Assembly: GCA_008690995.1 (NCBI GenBank)
Contig: VRMN01000005.1
Coordinates: forward strand, 744,001 to 808,000
Source of the DNA: Porphyridium purpureum
Taxonomy: Eukaryota
Reading direction: 5' to 3'
DNA: 64,000 nt
Below, one piece after another: positions 1 to 10,841 of the stretch. The position numbers and the translations under genes were made by a program. The first letter of the stretch is position 1. Each line of letters begins with the position of its first letter. The notes beneath the pieces were generated by a model. The model was not told where the DNA came from. It did not search any database and worked only from the letters and a program-made list of their open reading frames with translations.

Positions 1-925
1 CACTGCCGCCGCCGCCTCCGGTGCTACCGCGGCGCAGCAGCTGAGCTTTGTGGAGCGCATGCTGTGCGGTGCCGTCGCGCGCGGCGTCGCGCAGACCACC
101 CTGCACCCCGTCGATGTCATGCGGACTCGATTGCAGGTGCGTAAAATCACGTCCAAACTCGAGCTTCGCACTTTTCTAAAGGGCGTGATCCCGCAGATCA
201 CGCTCGCCGTGCCGGCGGGAGCCATCCAGTTTGTCGCCTTCGAGCTCGCAAGGGAGGAGCTCGCCAAGCTGGATCCAGACAATAAATTTGGATCCGCGCG
301 CCAGCTTATTGCGGGCGCAATTGGTGCGCTCAGTGCGGCTGTGGTGCGAGTGCCTCAGGAGGTGTGCAAGCAGCGCATTCAGGCCGATATCTACCCCAAT
401 GTCGCAGTTGCAGTGCGCGAAATTATGGCAGCCGACGGCATCGCCGGGTTTTATAAGGGCTGGCTTGCCACCATATCTCGCGACGTGCCTTGGAACGCTC
501 TGTCCTTCTTGTTTCACGGAGAGACGAAGAAAGTGTTTACCTTGGTAACCAAAAAGCAACCCGATGATCGGCAGAACCTTTTGCTCGCGTCATTTTCTGG
601 GATGCTCGCTGCGATGATCATGACACCCATCGACGTGGCCAAGACACGGATCATGACGCAGCGCGCAGGCGAAGCGGTCAAGTACTCTGGTCTTGTCAAC
701 ACTATTCGCATCGTTATGCAGGAAGAAGGTGTGGCTGCGCTTTTCAAAGGCACCATTCCGCGCGTTATGTATTTGGCGCCTTTGGCCGGCATCACTCTGT
801 CCGTGTACGAGGCCATTAGTAAGCAGATCTTGCGAAGGAAAGCGAGCGCGCGCTCGGCTTCGCTCAAGACGGCGCGCGGCATGCGATTTGACAATCGGCC
901 TGCACCTGCCGTGTGTCTCTTGTAG
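1..925 (+). CDS. Mitochondrial carrier family (SLC25) protein, SAM-carrier-like; 5' end runs off the window
   Basis: Three carrier signatures P-x-[DE]-x-x-[KR]-x-R (PVDVMRTRLQ, PQEVCKQRIQ, PIDVAKTRIM). The frame is open from base 2, so the true start is upstream of the window. Confidence 0.9.
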   Translation, partial: TAAAASGATAAQQLSFVERMLCGAVARGVAQTTLHPVDVMRTRLQVRKITSKLELRTFLKGVIPQITLAVPAGAIQFVAFELAREELAKLDPDNKFGSARQLIAGAIGALSAAVVRVPQEVCKQRIQADIYPNVAVAVREIMAADGIAGFYKGWLATISRDVPWNALSFLFHGETKKVFTLVTKKQPDDRQNLLLASFSGMLAAMIMTPIDVAKTRIMTQRAGEAVKYSGLVNTIRIVMQEEGVAALFKGTIPRVMYLAPLAGITLSVYEAISKQILRRKASARSASLKTARGMRFDNRPAPAVCLL

Positions 926-1005
926 TCGGCAACCTTGCGGCTCTGATGCCGCAACAAAAAGGCCTGTAGCGTTTCGTAGGATCATTTTCTAGGAATCACA
1001 ATTTA

Positions 1006-1572
1006 TTAGTCTTCGTCGTCTTCTGGTGCACTTTCTCTCAGCATTTCAACAAGAGAGATGCGGATTTCGTTCATCTCGTTCCCCTGCAACGTGGAACGCA
1101 CAAACTCGCATTTTACCACGAGCAGCAACATCTCCAAAGCGCCTCGGATGACGCCGCACACGAGGTTGGAGAAGCTCAGCTGGGCATACTCCTCTGGCAA
1201 TTCGGTGAACTCGGCGAGAGGGTTTTCGTCGAAAAGAATACTGTACGCGGTGTTGTCCGCGTTCCACAGGTCGACGCTCGCCTGCACGTTGAGATACATT
1301 TTGAAGCCCACCTTTGCGACGATCTCCGCCGAATCCTGGAACGAGCGACAGTCCGAAACTCCGCTCTTCGCGAAAAAATCGTCCGCCAGCCGCACGCCAA
1401 TGTTGTACCCCATCAGATCCAACTGCTTATTCACCTCTTCGATGGACTCATAGTCGGCAATCACTTGTCGCACCAAGCTCCCGTACGTCAGCGCCAATAG
1501 CTCCACTGGCACTCGCTCGCCCTTCTGCAGGGCGAGCTCGCCGAGCTTTTGCATGTTGCCGCCCTTCGACAT
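1006..1572 (-). CDS. BET3: TRAPP complex subunit 3 (Bet3)
   Basis: ELLALTYGSLVRQ, NKQLDLMGYNIGVRL, FDENPLAEFTELP and NLVCGVIRGALEM are Bet3 hallmarks. ATG 1572 (MSKGG) gives the expected ~188 aa. Confidence 0.95.
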   Translation of the reverse strand: MSKGGNMQKLGELALQKGERVPVELLALTYGSLVRQVIADYESIEEVNKQLDLMGYNIGVRLADDFFAKSGVSDCRSFQDSAEIVAKVGFKMYLNVQASVDLWNADNTAYSILFDENPLAEFTELPEEYAQLSFSNLVCGVIRGALEMLLLVVKCEFVRSTLQGNEMNEIRISLVEMLRESAPEDDED

Positions 1573-1784
1573 GCTCAATGCCCCAGCCGCCTCCTTCACT
1601 CGCTGCCTTTTGCCCTTCAAACCGGCAACTGCCATGCCATGCACGCTACTCGCTCGTCCGTTAATCACTTGCTTCTCGGGGAGACACGGAGCTTTATCGT
1701 GGCGTGCCGTTCGGCAACGCGTGAGAGCGCGCAGCGTTGCAAGGGGCAGACTCTGCTGCGAGCAACCGTCAGAGCATCATCAGA

Positions 1785-4298
1785 ATGAAACTGTGCCCGC
1801 GCGAGCTGGACCACCTGGTGTTGTGCCAGGTGGGGCAGCTGGCGCAACGACGTCTGGCGCGCGGTTTGCGACTCAACTACCCGGAAGCGCAGGGGCTGAT
1901 CGCACTTGTTACGCTCGAGTGGATCCGGGACGGAGTTCACAGTGTCGCGGAGCTGATGGCGCGCGGAAAGCGCGTGCTGGGACTGGCCAATGTCCTGCCT
2001 GGTGTGGAACGGATGCTCGACATGGTGCAGGTCGAAGGCACGTTTCCAGATGGCACGAAGCTGGTTTCGATTCATGACCCAGTGTGCAGTGAGTACGGTG
2101 ATCTTGCGCTTGCATTGTACGGATCGTTCTTGCCCGTGCCAGACGCTTCCTGTTTTTCCGTTCAAGCCGAACCTATTGCGCTTTCAGCACCTGGTGAAGT
2201 GATGGTCTCTCAGGACGCGCCGCCCATCGTCATCAATGAAGGAAAGGCCACGATTGAGCTGCGTGTCACAAACTGCGGCGATCGGCCTGTGCAGGTCGGC
2301 AGCCATTACCCATTTATCGAGGTGAATAGGCACCTCGAGTTCGACCGGCTTCGCTCCCTTGGCATGCGTCTCAACATTCCCGCGGGGACGGCGGTGCGCT
2401 TCGAGCCCGGCCAGAGCAAGAACGTGCAGCTTGTCCACATTGGTGGTAACCAGTTGGTTCGCGGAGGATCTGCTCTGGTGGACGGGAAGCTTGCCGATGT
2501 AGATACCGAGAGCCTCAGCGATCGCCTGAAGGAGCACGGTTTCCGGCACACGGAGCAGCCAGACGCACTTCAAGCGGTATCAACGCGAGTCATGCAACGT
2601 GAACAGTATGCAAGCATGTTTGGGCCTACAGTCGGTGATCGCATTTCACTCGCTGACTTGGGGTTGGTCGCACAAGTGGAGTATGACCTGACGCGGTATG
2701 GAGACGAATGTAAGTTTGGCGGCGGTAAGGTTGTGCGGGATGGTTGCGGACAGGCATCTGGGCAAAGCCACGAAGCATCCGAGCTGCATTTAGATTGTGT
2801 GATCACGAACGCGCTCATTGTTGATCATACTGGAATCTACAAGGCAGATGTGGGGATCAAAAACGGCTTGATCAGCGCCATCGGCAAAGCCGGCAACGAC
2901 GACATCATGGACGGTGTCACTTATGGAATGGTGGTAGGACCATGTACCGAGGTCATTGCATGCGAAGGGCTGATTCTCACGGCGGGCGGAATTGACTGTC
3001 ATGTGCACTACATCTGTCCACAGCAATGTAGCGAAGCGCTCGCCGCCGGCATCACCACGATGTATGGCGGAGGCACCGGGCCGGCCACGGGAACTCTTGC
3101 AACAACATGTACACCAGGAGCGTTCCACGTTGAGTTTATGATGAAGGCAACGGCCAGCATTCCCATGAACTTTGGGTTTTCCGGAAAGGGTAACTCTTCG
3201 CACGCAGAGGGCCTGCACGAGCAAGTGCTTGCGGGCGCGGCGGGTCTCAAAGTACATGAAGATTGGGGATCTACGCCTTCCGTGATTGACTCGGCGCTCG
3301 ACATTGCCGAGCAGTACGATATTCAGATCACTTTGCACTGCGATACGCTGAACGAGTCAACGTTTGTCGAAGGCAGTATTGCCTCTTTCAAGGACAGGAC
3401 CGTGCATGCGTACCACTCGGAAGGCGCGGGCGGTGGGCATGCGCCGGACCTGCTGCGGGTTTGCGGAGAGGCCTGCGTTATCCCGTCGTCAACCAATCCG
3501 ACGCGTCCGTACACGAAGAATACGATCGATGAGCACCTCGACATGTTAATGGTGTGCCACCATCTCGATCGGCGCATCCCGGAAGACGTGGCATTCGCGG
3601 ACTCGCGTATTCGTGCTGAGACCATCAGCGCCGAAGATATCCTGCACGATATCGGTGCAATTTCAATTGTTTCGTCGGACTCGCAAGCTATGGGGCGTGT
3701 CGGGGAGACGATCGCAAGGACGTGGCAAACCGCCAGCAAGAACAAACAATTGCGGGATGCCCCGCCAGGCGGCGTCCATGCGTCGAATGATAACGAGCGA
3801 ATTAAGCGCTATGTATCCAAGTACACCATCAATCCAGCGCTGGCGCACGGTATGAGTCACATTATCGGTAGCGTGGAGGTCGGTAAGCTTGCGGACCTGG
3901 TGCTATGGGATCCGCGCTTCTTCGGCTGCAAGCCCTCCACCATTGTGAAGGGTGGAGTGATTGTGTGGGCCCAAATGGGCGATTTCAACGCAAGCATCAG
4001 CACGCCAGAGCCCGTGCAGATGCGCGCGATGTTTGGTGCCTCTCCTTCGTATCGGGAGAACTGCATAACCTTTTGCAGCTCGGCGAGCTTGCCGCGGGTG
4101 CAAGCCTATGGCCTTGGTAGGCGAATTGAAGCAGTGCGCGGTTGCCGCACGGTGCGCAAGACAGACATGAAGTGGAATGCAGCACTCCCATCGATGGAGG
4201 TTGATGCGGAGACTTTTGAAGTGCGTGCGGATGGCGAGCTTCTCAGCATCGAGCCGGCGGTTACAGTTGCGCTCAGCACCAAATACTATCTTTTCTAG
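1785..4298 (+). CDS. URE: Urease, eukaryotic single-chain (gamma-beta-alpha fused), 837 aa
   Basis: MKLCPRELD start, VQVGSHYPF, Ni-ligand motifs [30 protein letters not shown], flap MLMVCHHL and SSDSQAMGR. Confidence 0.98.
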   Translation: MKLCPRELDHLVLCQVGQLAQRRLARGLRLNYPEAQGLIALVTLEWIRDGVHSVAELMARGKRVLGLANVLPGVERMLDMVQVEGTFPDGTKLVSIHDPVCSEYGDLALALYGSFLPVPDASCFSVQAEPIALSAPGEVMVSQDAPPIVINEGKATIELRVTNCGDRPVQVGSHYPFIEVNRHLEFDRLRSLGMRLNIPAGTAVRFEPGQSKNVQLVHIGGNQLVRGGSALVDGKLADVDTESLSDRLKEHGFRHTEQPDALQAVSTRVMQREQYASMFGPTVGDRISLADLGLVAQVEYDLTRYGDECKFGGGKVVRDGCGQASGQSHEASELHLDCVITNALIVDHTGIYKADVGIKNGLISAIGKAGNDDIMDGVTYGMVVGPCTEVIACEGLILTAGGIDCHVHYICPQQCSEALAAGITTMYGGGTGPATGTLATTCTPGAFHVEFMMKATASIPMNFGFSGKGNSSHAEGLHEQVLAGAAGLKVHEDWGSTPSVIDSALDIAEQYDIQITLHCDTLNESTFVEGSIASFKDRTVHAYHSEGAGGGHAPDLLRVCGEACVIPSSTNPTRPYTKNTIDEHLDMLMVCHHLDRRIPEDVAFADSRIRAETISAEDILHDIGAISIVSSDSQAMGRVGETIARTWQTASKNKQLRDAPPGGVHASNDNERIKRYVSKYTINPALAHGMSHIIGSVEVGKLADLVLWDPRFFGCKPSTIVKGGVIVWAQMGDFNASISTPEPVQMRAMFGASPSYRENCITFCSSASLPRVQAYGLGRRIEAVRGCRTVRKTDMKWNAALPSMEVDAETFEVRADGELLSIEPAVTVALSTKYYLF

Positions 4299-6139
4299 GT
4301 ATTGGGAAACTGCACAGACCTGGGTCGCGAGACCTACCGACGGAGTCGCCATAGATCCGCGGGATGCTATCTGTGCGAGGCAGGTTTGACCAGGTGGGCA
4401 GAACATAAAACGAAAGACGAGCATATTTATTTGAGAAAACTTGCCCTGGGTCAAAGCTTAAATCATCAAGGAACATTAGAAGCCCTCGGCTCTGGCTCCG
4501 GGTAATGGCCACGCAGCAGCACCCACTTTCCTATTGAATCTCGAGAAACCACTTTGCCGGCACGCGAAGGACAAAGAAGGCACCCGCACATAAAGAGTAT
4601 GACAAAGAGAGGGAGATCAAGAATGGGGGTGCTCACACAGTGTGAGCATACAAACACGCAAAATCAGGCAGCGTACCAAACTTACGATGATCACAAACAA
4701 TGGTACGATCAAAATGCGAGCTTTAGCGATATCCGCATACTCACTCCCAACCATGTTACGGCACAAAAACAAAAAAAAAAAGAAAAAGAACAGCAGCAAG
4801 CATAGAGTTGATTGGCAGACCGACGGAATCGCTCGATCGCTCGATCTGCATTATCGGGGAGTTTTCTTTTTTCCTTTCCTGAAGAGCGACGATTTTCTCC
4901 AGCCGAAAGAAGGAACCAAAGCATAAAACGAGCGAAAAATTAACCCGCGCGCAGTGCGCAGGTGGACGAGCCTCTTACGTGGGCATCATGGCCGGTGTTC
5001 CTTAGTAAAAAGCAAAAGAACAATTCATGCCAAGCTACCCGGGCCGCCCCAAGTTGATAGTATTGTTACCAAGCCCTTCATCTTCCTCTTCGCCCACGCC
5101 AGCACCGCGCCCACGCTTTATATATCTCGGGATCTTCATATAAGAATAGTGTCGGTTTACTATGCTGCTGAAAGTACAGCAGCGCGTGCGCCGCCGCACT
5201 GGTTTGAACAAGTTCACTCACTGTACACTATCGGACAATATGGTGGTTTTTTAACAACGTTTTAACGGTATTTAAATCATTTTTAAGACGGGTTTTTAAT
5301 CATTTGCCGCGAAGTGTGCGGGATGTGTGAACATGCGCGCGCGCGGGGTGTGTGGGCTGTCTGGCATAGAGTCGCGTGTGTCTGGAACGTGAACGGCAGA
5401 GAAGACTGGACAGACGGCCCTGTGCAACGTGCCGGTCACGACGCGCCCCTGCTTTTTCTCGCATTGCGCTTGCTCCACAGGTGACGGACCGGAGAGCAGT
5501 GTCTGGCAATCGACGCACACGAATGAACGAATGAACGAATGAGCGCTTGAACTGATGAACTCATGAACGCGCGTCCGTATTGGTGAGCAATGCGTTCTGG
5601 CAGCCCCTCCTATCGTAGCCGATGGCGCTGGTAAAGTGGCGGACTGTGCGCTGATTGGCAAAGAAAAGGTCCTGACCACGAGATTCGGTCCAGGGCCGTC
5701 TGCATCAACTGTGTCCTCGCCTGAATACCGCATGCCGGTGGGAATGGATAACAGGAAGCAGGAAAGACCAAAAAATATTCAAGGAATGAAAGAGCATCGA
5801 AGAGAGAATCCCAAACGTAGTCCAAGCCGAGCGACTGGACTCTTTTGACGGTGCCTTCCAATTGAGTCATGTTTGTTGGCTCTGAGTTGCGGTCGTCGTT
5901 TCAGTGTTCAAAGGGGTTCGGAGCGTGAAGAAGGCTGGTGGCGTGAATGACGGATCATTTATTCGATCCCTCTTTATCACAACTTGTCATCCTGCACTAG
6001 CTCTCCTGAACGAAATGAATAATCGGCACGTAGCTTGGAAAGTAATCGAACGCACTTGCGATCATCGCTCCAAAACTGTCCAAAAACTTGCGTGTCTACC
6101 TTGCCACCAAACGTTTGGTCGCATGCGCGATGACCGTAT

Positions 6140-6847
6140 TCACACCGTTCTCTTTGCAGCTTTCGGGCCATTAGACATGGTGTTTCCGTTGGAGACCCCG
6201 CCAAAGATTCCCTTTGTATCTGCGTCCGCGCGGGACAGAAAGTGAGGCCTACCATCGTACACCTTGTACCGGCCGGGGTAACCGATTATATAATTTTGCT
6301 CATTGTTCGAATCCCACACCTCGCCGCCATTGTTGAACGCGAACTCGAGGGATGCCGCCTCGGTTTGAAAGAAGAATTCACCGGTCGGCAACTTTTCCAG
6401 CGGCGTGCCTGGCGCATCAATGAATGGCCCGGCGTTCTTCGAGTACACCATGCAACAGCTCTGCCAAAGATCGGCGCTAAACAGTACCTCGATGTACCTG
6501 TCGTTTGCGACGGAAAGCGCGCGCTCGCACTCCTGGCCGTCCGCGTCGCCGACGTACTTGAGCGCGCCGCCGTTCTGCACCACAAAGCGGCCCCCGGGGA
6601 TGTCTACACGAAAGTTCTGGCCCCAGCAATCCTCGACGCGCTTGTTGTTCTTGAGCCCATTTGTGAGGAAGAACGTGATACTGCCGACGTACAGGCGGGC
6701 GACTCTGAATCCCTTGCGAATGTGGCCCGCATCGACCATGCGCACCTCCTTCCACTCGTCGGACCCGCGCTCCTTGTACACCAACACGGCGCGCTTCCAC
6801 GTCTCGTTGCTGTAGAACACCTCGATCCACCCCTTCCCCGCGGCCAT
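6140..6847 (-). CDS. Non-catalytic protein with two tandem starch-binding (CBM25/26/53-like) modules, 235 aa
   Basis: The C-terminal module has LEFAFNNGGEVWDSNNEQNY (CBM25-type F.FN.G...WD.N...NY). The N-terminal module repeats the pattern (IEVFY...W...ITFFLTNG...DCWGQNF). GC3-rich codons; purine-rich leader upstream. Confidence 0.7.
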   Translation of the reverse strand: MAAGKGWIEVFYSNETWKRAVLVYKERGSDEWKEVRMVDAGHIRKGFRVARLYVGSITFFLTNGLKNNKRVEDCWGQNFRVDIPGGRFVVQNGGALKYVGDADGQECERALSVANDRYIEVLFSADLWQSCCMVYSKNAGPFIDAPGTPLEKLPTGEFFFQTEAASLEFAFNNGGEVWDSNNEQNYIIGYPGRYKVYDGRPHFLSRADADTKGIFGGVSNGNTMSNGPKAAKRTV

Positions 6848-7431
6848 GATCCACCACTGGCGCCGTACCACACCACGCGCCCCTTTCTGCTTCGCCGCCC
6901 TTTCCCCACACACGCGAATCGCCGCGTCACGCTCTCTACCGCGTCACCCCCGCGCTCTCTCAGTACCTCCCCTTCTCCTCCAGCCCACACACACACACGC
7001 TCACGCCGTCCCCGCTGCTGCCAACGCGCATATGCACTTCCTCCTGCGTGGTGTCTCTGCGCACGTATGAACCAGCCACATTCGCGTCTCCACGTCTCCT
7101 CCGCGTCCTGCCTTACCCGGTTCTCCCTTCTCCCCTCCGCCCCGACCATCTGGTCCACACGCTTCTCGCCTTGGCGGCTTGGGTGGTGGTGCGCGGGGCT
7201 GGCTCGATCTCGCCTTCCCAGTCCGCCACGCGCTGCGGCGCACACAGATGAGGGAAAAAGACAACCGACTCAACGCACGCACGCACTGAACACCTTCCGC
7301 CCAACACCGCGCTGTACACCCGCCCACAATCCCCACTCACCCGCGTGCTCGATCGCGCGCCGCGATGCGTGGCTCACGCGGCAGCGCGCGCCGCTCCGAG
7401 CTTGCCGCAGTGCATGGCCATCTCGCACGCG

Positions 7432-7486
7432 GTACAGCGGAAGTACACTGAAGTACAGCGGGTACATGATGTGTACAGCGTGTACA
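7432..7486. promoter_or_regulatory. Array of six GTACA motifs at ~10-bp spacing in a divergent intergenic region
   Basis: GTAC at 7432, 7443, 7453, 7462, 7473 and 7482, each followed by A. A regulatory role is inferred from position only. Confidence 0.5.
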
Positions 7487-7601
7487 GTGTGGTTGCCATG
7501 TGGATCGCGCGCCCGTTGGAGCTGCGGTAGAGTGCAATGGCTGTGCTGGGGAGAGGCAGAGAAGGAGAGAGAAGGATCGCGAGTGTGGATTTGTGTGTGA
7601 G

Positions 7602-9432
7602 ATGAAGGTGTGTGTGGTGGGCGGGGGCGTGACCGGCTGTGCGGTCGCGTACCAGATCCGCAAGCTGGCGCGCCAGCGCGAGCAGGACGACGCCGCAAGT
7701 GCGAAGAAAACGGCGCGGCCAGCGCCGCACCGCCCGCCGCCGCCGGCGACGCGCCGCCGCGCACAGCCCGCAGACGGCGCTCGCGTACCAGCAGATCGAA
7801 GTCGTGCTCATGGACGAAAAGGGAAACCTCGGCGGCTCCAAATTCGACAGCGTCGTCGTTCCTGAAGCGCGTCAGGCGGTGGCCGAGCTGGGAAGGACCA
7901 CGAATATCAATTTTGAGTTGCCCTACACCAAGGAGGTGCTCAAGGACTTCAAAGAATGCGAGCCGTACCTTGAGATGAGCTACGGATTGCACGGCAAAGC
8001 CATCCGATCCTTTGGGGCGTACGACTATCGAAAGATGTACTACTCCAGCGAGTACGCCGCATCGCCTCTGCTTGAAAAGATTCCGTACACCTTTCTTTCC
8101 ACCACCTGGATCGGCTCGATTTTGTGGCGTCTCACTGCGCTCGGTACCGTCATCGCCCTAGCTTATGCCGCCCAGGAATATGAGGATCTGTGGGTTTTCG
8201 TCCTGTGCGTGTATGGCGCGTGCCTTCTCCTCGTGAACGCAGTCGTTGGGCCAAACATATTCTGGAACGTTTTGCAGCGCACTTATTCCACAATGGCGTG
8301 GAACTTGACAACGCGTATGGCCTACGGAGCGGCTCCGAGAAAAGTGTCTGCCGAGCTTGACGAGTTTGACGAAAGCTTGTTTCTGTTGCACGTGAACACG
8401 ATCGATGTGCGCTGCCCCACGCTGTCTAAGCTTTTGGCGCGTGGCCGAATGCTCGCAACCCTGGCGATGCGATCTGCTGCAGATTACTTTGAGAATACAG
8501 CGAAAGTTGGGCCGCCCTACTTGGAGGCCATTGCGAATCCAGCCATCGGGCGCGAGTACGGAAGCACAGTTCTGGACTATCGGGTGTTCAACGCGCTGGC
8601 AGCAAAAGCTGCTATGACGCGTCTGGACCCTGTTGCGAGCAGAAATTCGGTTGGGCGGCTCAGGCACGGCCTAAGTCACTTGTGCGTCAGTATGGCAAAG
8701 AGCGCCGATAGCGTGCTGTTAAATCACATCGTTACGCAGGTACGGTTCGACCCTACGATCGGGCAGTACAACGTTACTTTCATCAATGACAAGGGCCGCA
8801 CCTGCGAAGAAACCTTTGACGCGGTAGTTCTGGCGGCGTGCGTCAATCTTGACGAAGTCGAGGTCTCCTGCTTGGACATTTCCGCAAAGGCCATGCTTGG
8901 GTACACAGACCGGAGCATTCGCCCATTTGACGCGCAGCTGACGGACCCCGCGAAAACAAACAAGGATCTTGCGGTGCCACACTCGTACGCCGCAGTCGTG
9001 AGAGGCCGTCTGAACCCGCAGTATTTTTCGAAGCGCACCGAAGAAAGCGTGCCTGACGTGCTCATTGTCAAGGACAGCCCTGACGTGTCGTTTGTGAATC
9101 GTATCGCAGACGGAGTATACGAAATCGTCGTGTCAAGTGAGCCTCGGTTCGATAGCGCGCTCCTGTCCAAGATATTTACGGAGATCACAAGCGTCATCTA
9201 CCGCGAAAGGAAGCGGCCAACATTTACACATGGTCTGATCCCGGGCGCGAACGATCCAGGACTGCCCTCGTTCATCGTTGGTGAGCGTCTGATCAACGCA
9301 TGTGCAACGCGTCGCCTCGCCTCGGATGTCGAGTTTGATCTGATGGGTGCAAGATGCGCCGCTTCGTTTATTGTGTACGATGACAAGGTTTGGAAAAACG
9401 CGCTAAGTAAGGGCCCAGAGAGCGTCGAGTAA
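7602..9432 (+). CDS. Prenylcysteine oxidase/farnesylcysteine lyase-like FAD oxidoreductase, apparently frameshifted near 7705-7775
   Basis: ATG 7602 gives MKVCVVGGGVTG (GxGxxG). It continues in another frame as IEVVLMDEKGNLGG ... FDAVVLAA ... HSYAAVVRGRLNPQYF, resembling prenylcysteine lyases. Two hydrophobic segments lie mid-protein. Confidence 0.7.
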
Positions 9433-9518
9433 GAAAGCAGGTCATGCGACTCTTGCGCGAGCGAATGTAAATGAATCCTTTTTTCGATGTTTCTTTTACC
9501 TGAGAACGTGAGGGGGGT

Positions 9519-10619
9519 TTATCGGTTAAAGTTTCGCCCGTACGAAGGCACGAGGGGCTCATTCTCAATTTCGTCGCCCAAAGACGCCCTTGTGTACGTG
9601 GGCGCGGGCTCTGGTTTGCTCAACATTTGTTTGCGGACGTGCGGATTGCGCTTGTACACCATCCGCGTGAGGAGCCTCAAGTACGCAAGCCTATCCCTGC
9701 TCGAGCCACCGCCAGACTGCTTCCACGCTTCGTCGCGCCCCACTAGATTAGCAAGAATGGGAACTGACGATGCATACGCAGAGACAACTCCCTGAAACTG
9801 CACTGTGTAGGGAACAGCGTTCGACGAGGCGCCGGCCGAGCCACCAGGAGGGCCGTCTCTGCCAGGGCCACCGCTTCGCTGCTGATACACAAAGGACTCA
9901 ACTTTGAGCAGTAGAAAGTTAAAATACCTGCCAATCATGGGATCCGGAAGTCCAAGCGCCTGAGTCGCCGGCATGAAAAAGTCGTGGCCGAGCGCGCGAA
10001 CGAGAAAGCCGGCCTTGACGACACCCATAACGCGCCCTCGAATAATCTGCTGCGCACCCGCGCCCTTTTCGACTTTAGAAAGAAGCAGCGTGCGCGCAGC
10101 CTGCACTGGCGGCAACGCGGTTGCGCGCGAGTAATCGAGCTCGGGCTCACGAAACTCGTCTTCTTGTCTAACAAACGGGTACGCCACCTGATCGCCCAGC
10201 TCTCGCGCGCCGACGAGCTCCGCACGCGGAAACGTGATTTCCTTTTTCAGCCCAAAGTCGACCACGCGGAATTTTCTGTTCTTTGCGCCGACGACGCGGC
10301 CCATGACCAGGTCGCCGCCCTCAACCTGCGAGCTGGTCGAATGCGCACCGAAGGCACCTACAAGCCCCTCCCGCAGGGACGCGGCGCGCGCGGCACCAAG
10401 ATCGAGCTCCGCCTTTGTCCCAATCCACTTGTGGCGCCACTTCTCGCGCAGCCACTGCTTCTTGCGAAACGACATCTTCTTCTTCCCGCGCACTGGCACG
10501 TTCGGCACACTCGGCACCGCGCATGCTGTCGCCCACGCCGTGCCGGGAGCGAGCGCCGTGCGCAGCAACGCAGGCGCGCGCGCGCACCGCCGTGCGCCAA
10601 ACAGGCCTAGCCCAATCAT
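9519..10619 (-). CDS. S1 RNA-binding domain protein, probable mitochondrial ribosomal protein S1-like
   Basis: Arg/Ala-rich presequence from MIGLGLFGARR, then two OB/S1-like segments (GDLVMGRVV...VVDFGLK and IIRGRVMGVVKAGFLV...FFMP). Confidence 0.65.
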   Translation of the reverse strand: MIGLGLFGARRCARAPALLRTALAPGTAWATACAVPSVPNVPVRGKKKMSFRKKQWLREKWRHKWIGTKAELDLGAARAASLREGLVGAFGAHSTSSQVEGGDLVMGRVVGAKNRKFRVVDFGLKKEITFPRAELVGARELGDQVAYPFVRQEDEFREPELDYSRATALPPVQAARTLLLSKVEKGAGAQQIIRGRVMGVVKAGFLVRALGHDFFMPATQALGLPDPMIGRYFNFLLLKVESFVYQQRSGGPGRDGPPGGSAGASSNAVPYTVQFQGVVSAYASSVPILANLVGRDEAWKQSGGGSSRDRLAYLRLLTRMVYKRNPHVRKQMLSKPEPAPTYTRASLGDEIENEPLVPSYGRNFNR

Positions 10620-10841
10620 GCGCGTGCCCGGCACCGTCCACGGCGCCGCGCGCGATTCTGAGATCCCGTGTTCGTGCGCTCGGCGCTCCCACGCTCCCGG
10701 CGACAATGCGGAAGCGCTACAAAGCAAGGCTTTTGGCGCGTTGGTCGCCAGAGACGAAGGAAGGGGAAAGGACAAGGGTGTGGCGCGCTCCGCGTGTTGC
10801 CGAGGTCGGAGAGGAGGAGCGAAGAGGAACTGGACGACAGA

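Noticed and set aside
4300..6130. Short ORFs in the 1.8-kb gap after urease, with an A-tract at 4764-4790 and (gaatgaac)x3 at 5521
   Set aside because: No recognisable motif or consistent frame; could be UTR or unrecognised decayed DNA.
6242..7600. 452-aa plus-strand ORF
   Set aside because: Antisense shadow of the CBM gene and its purine-rich leader.
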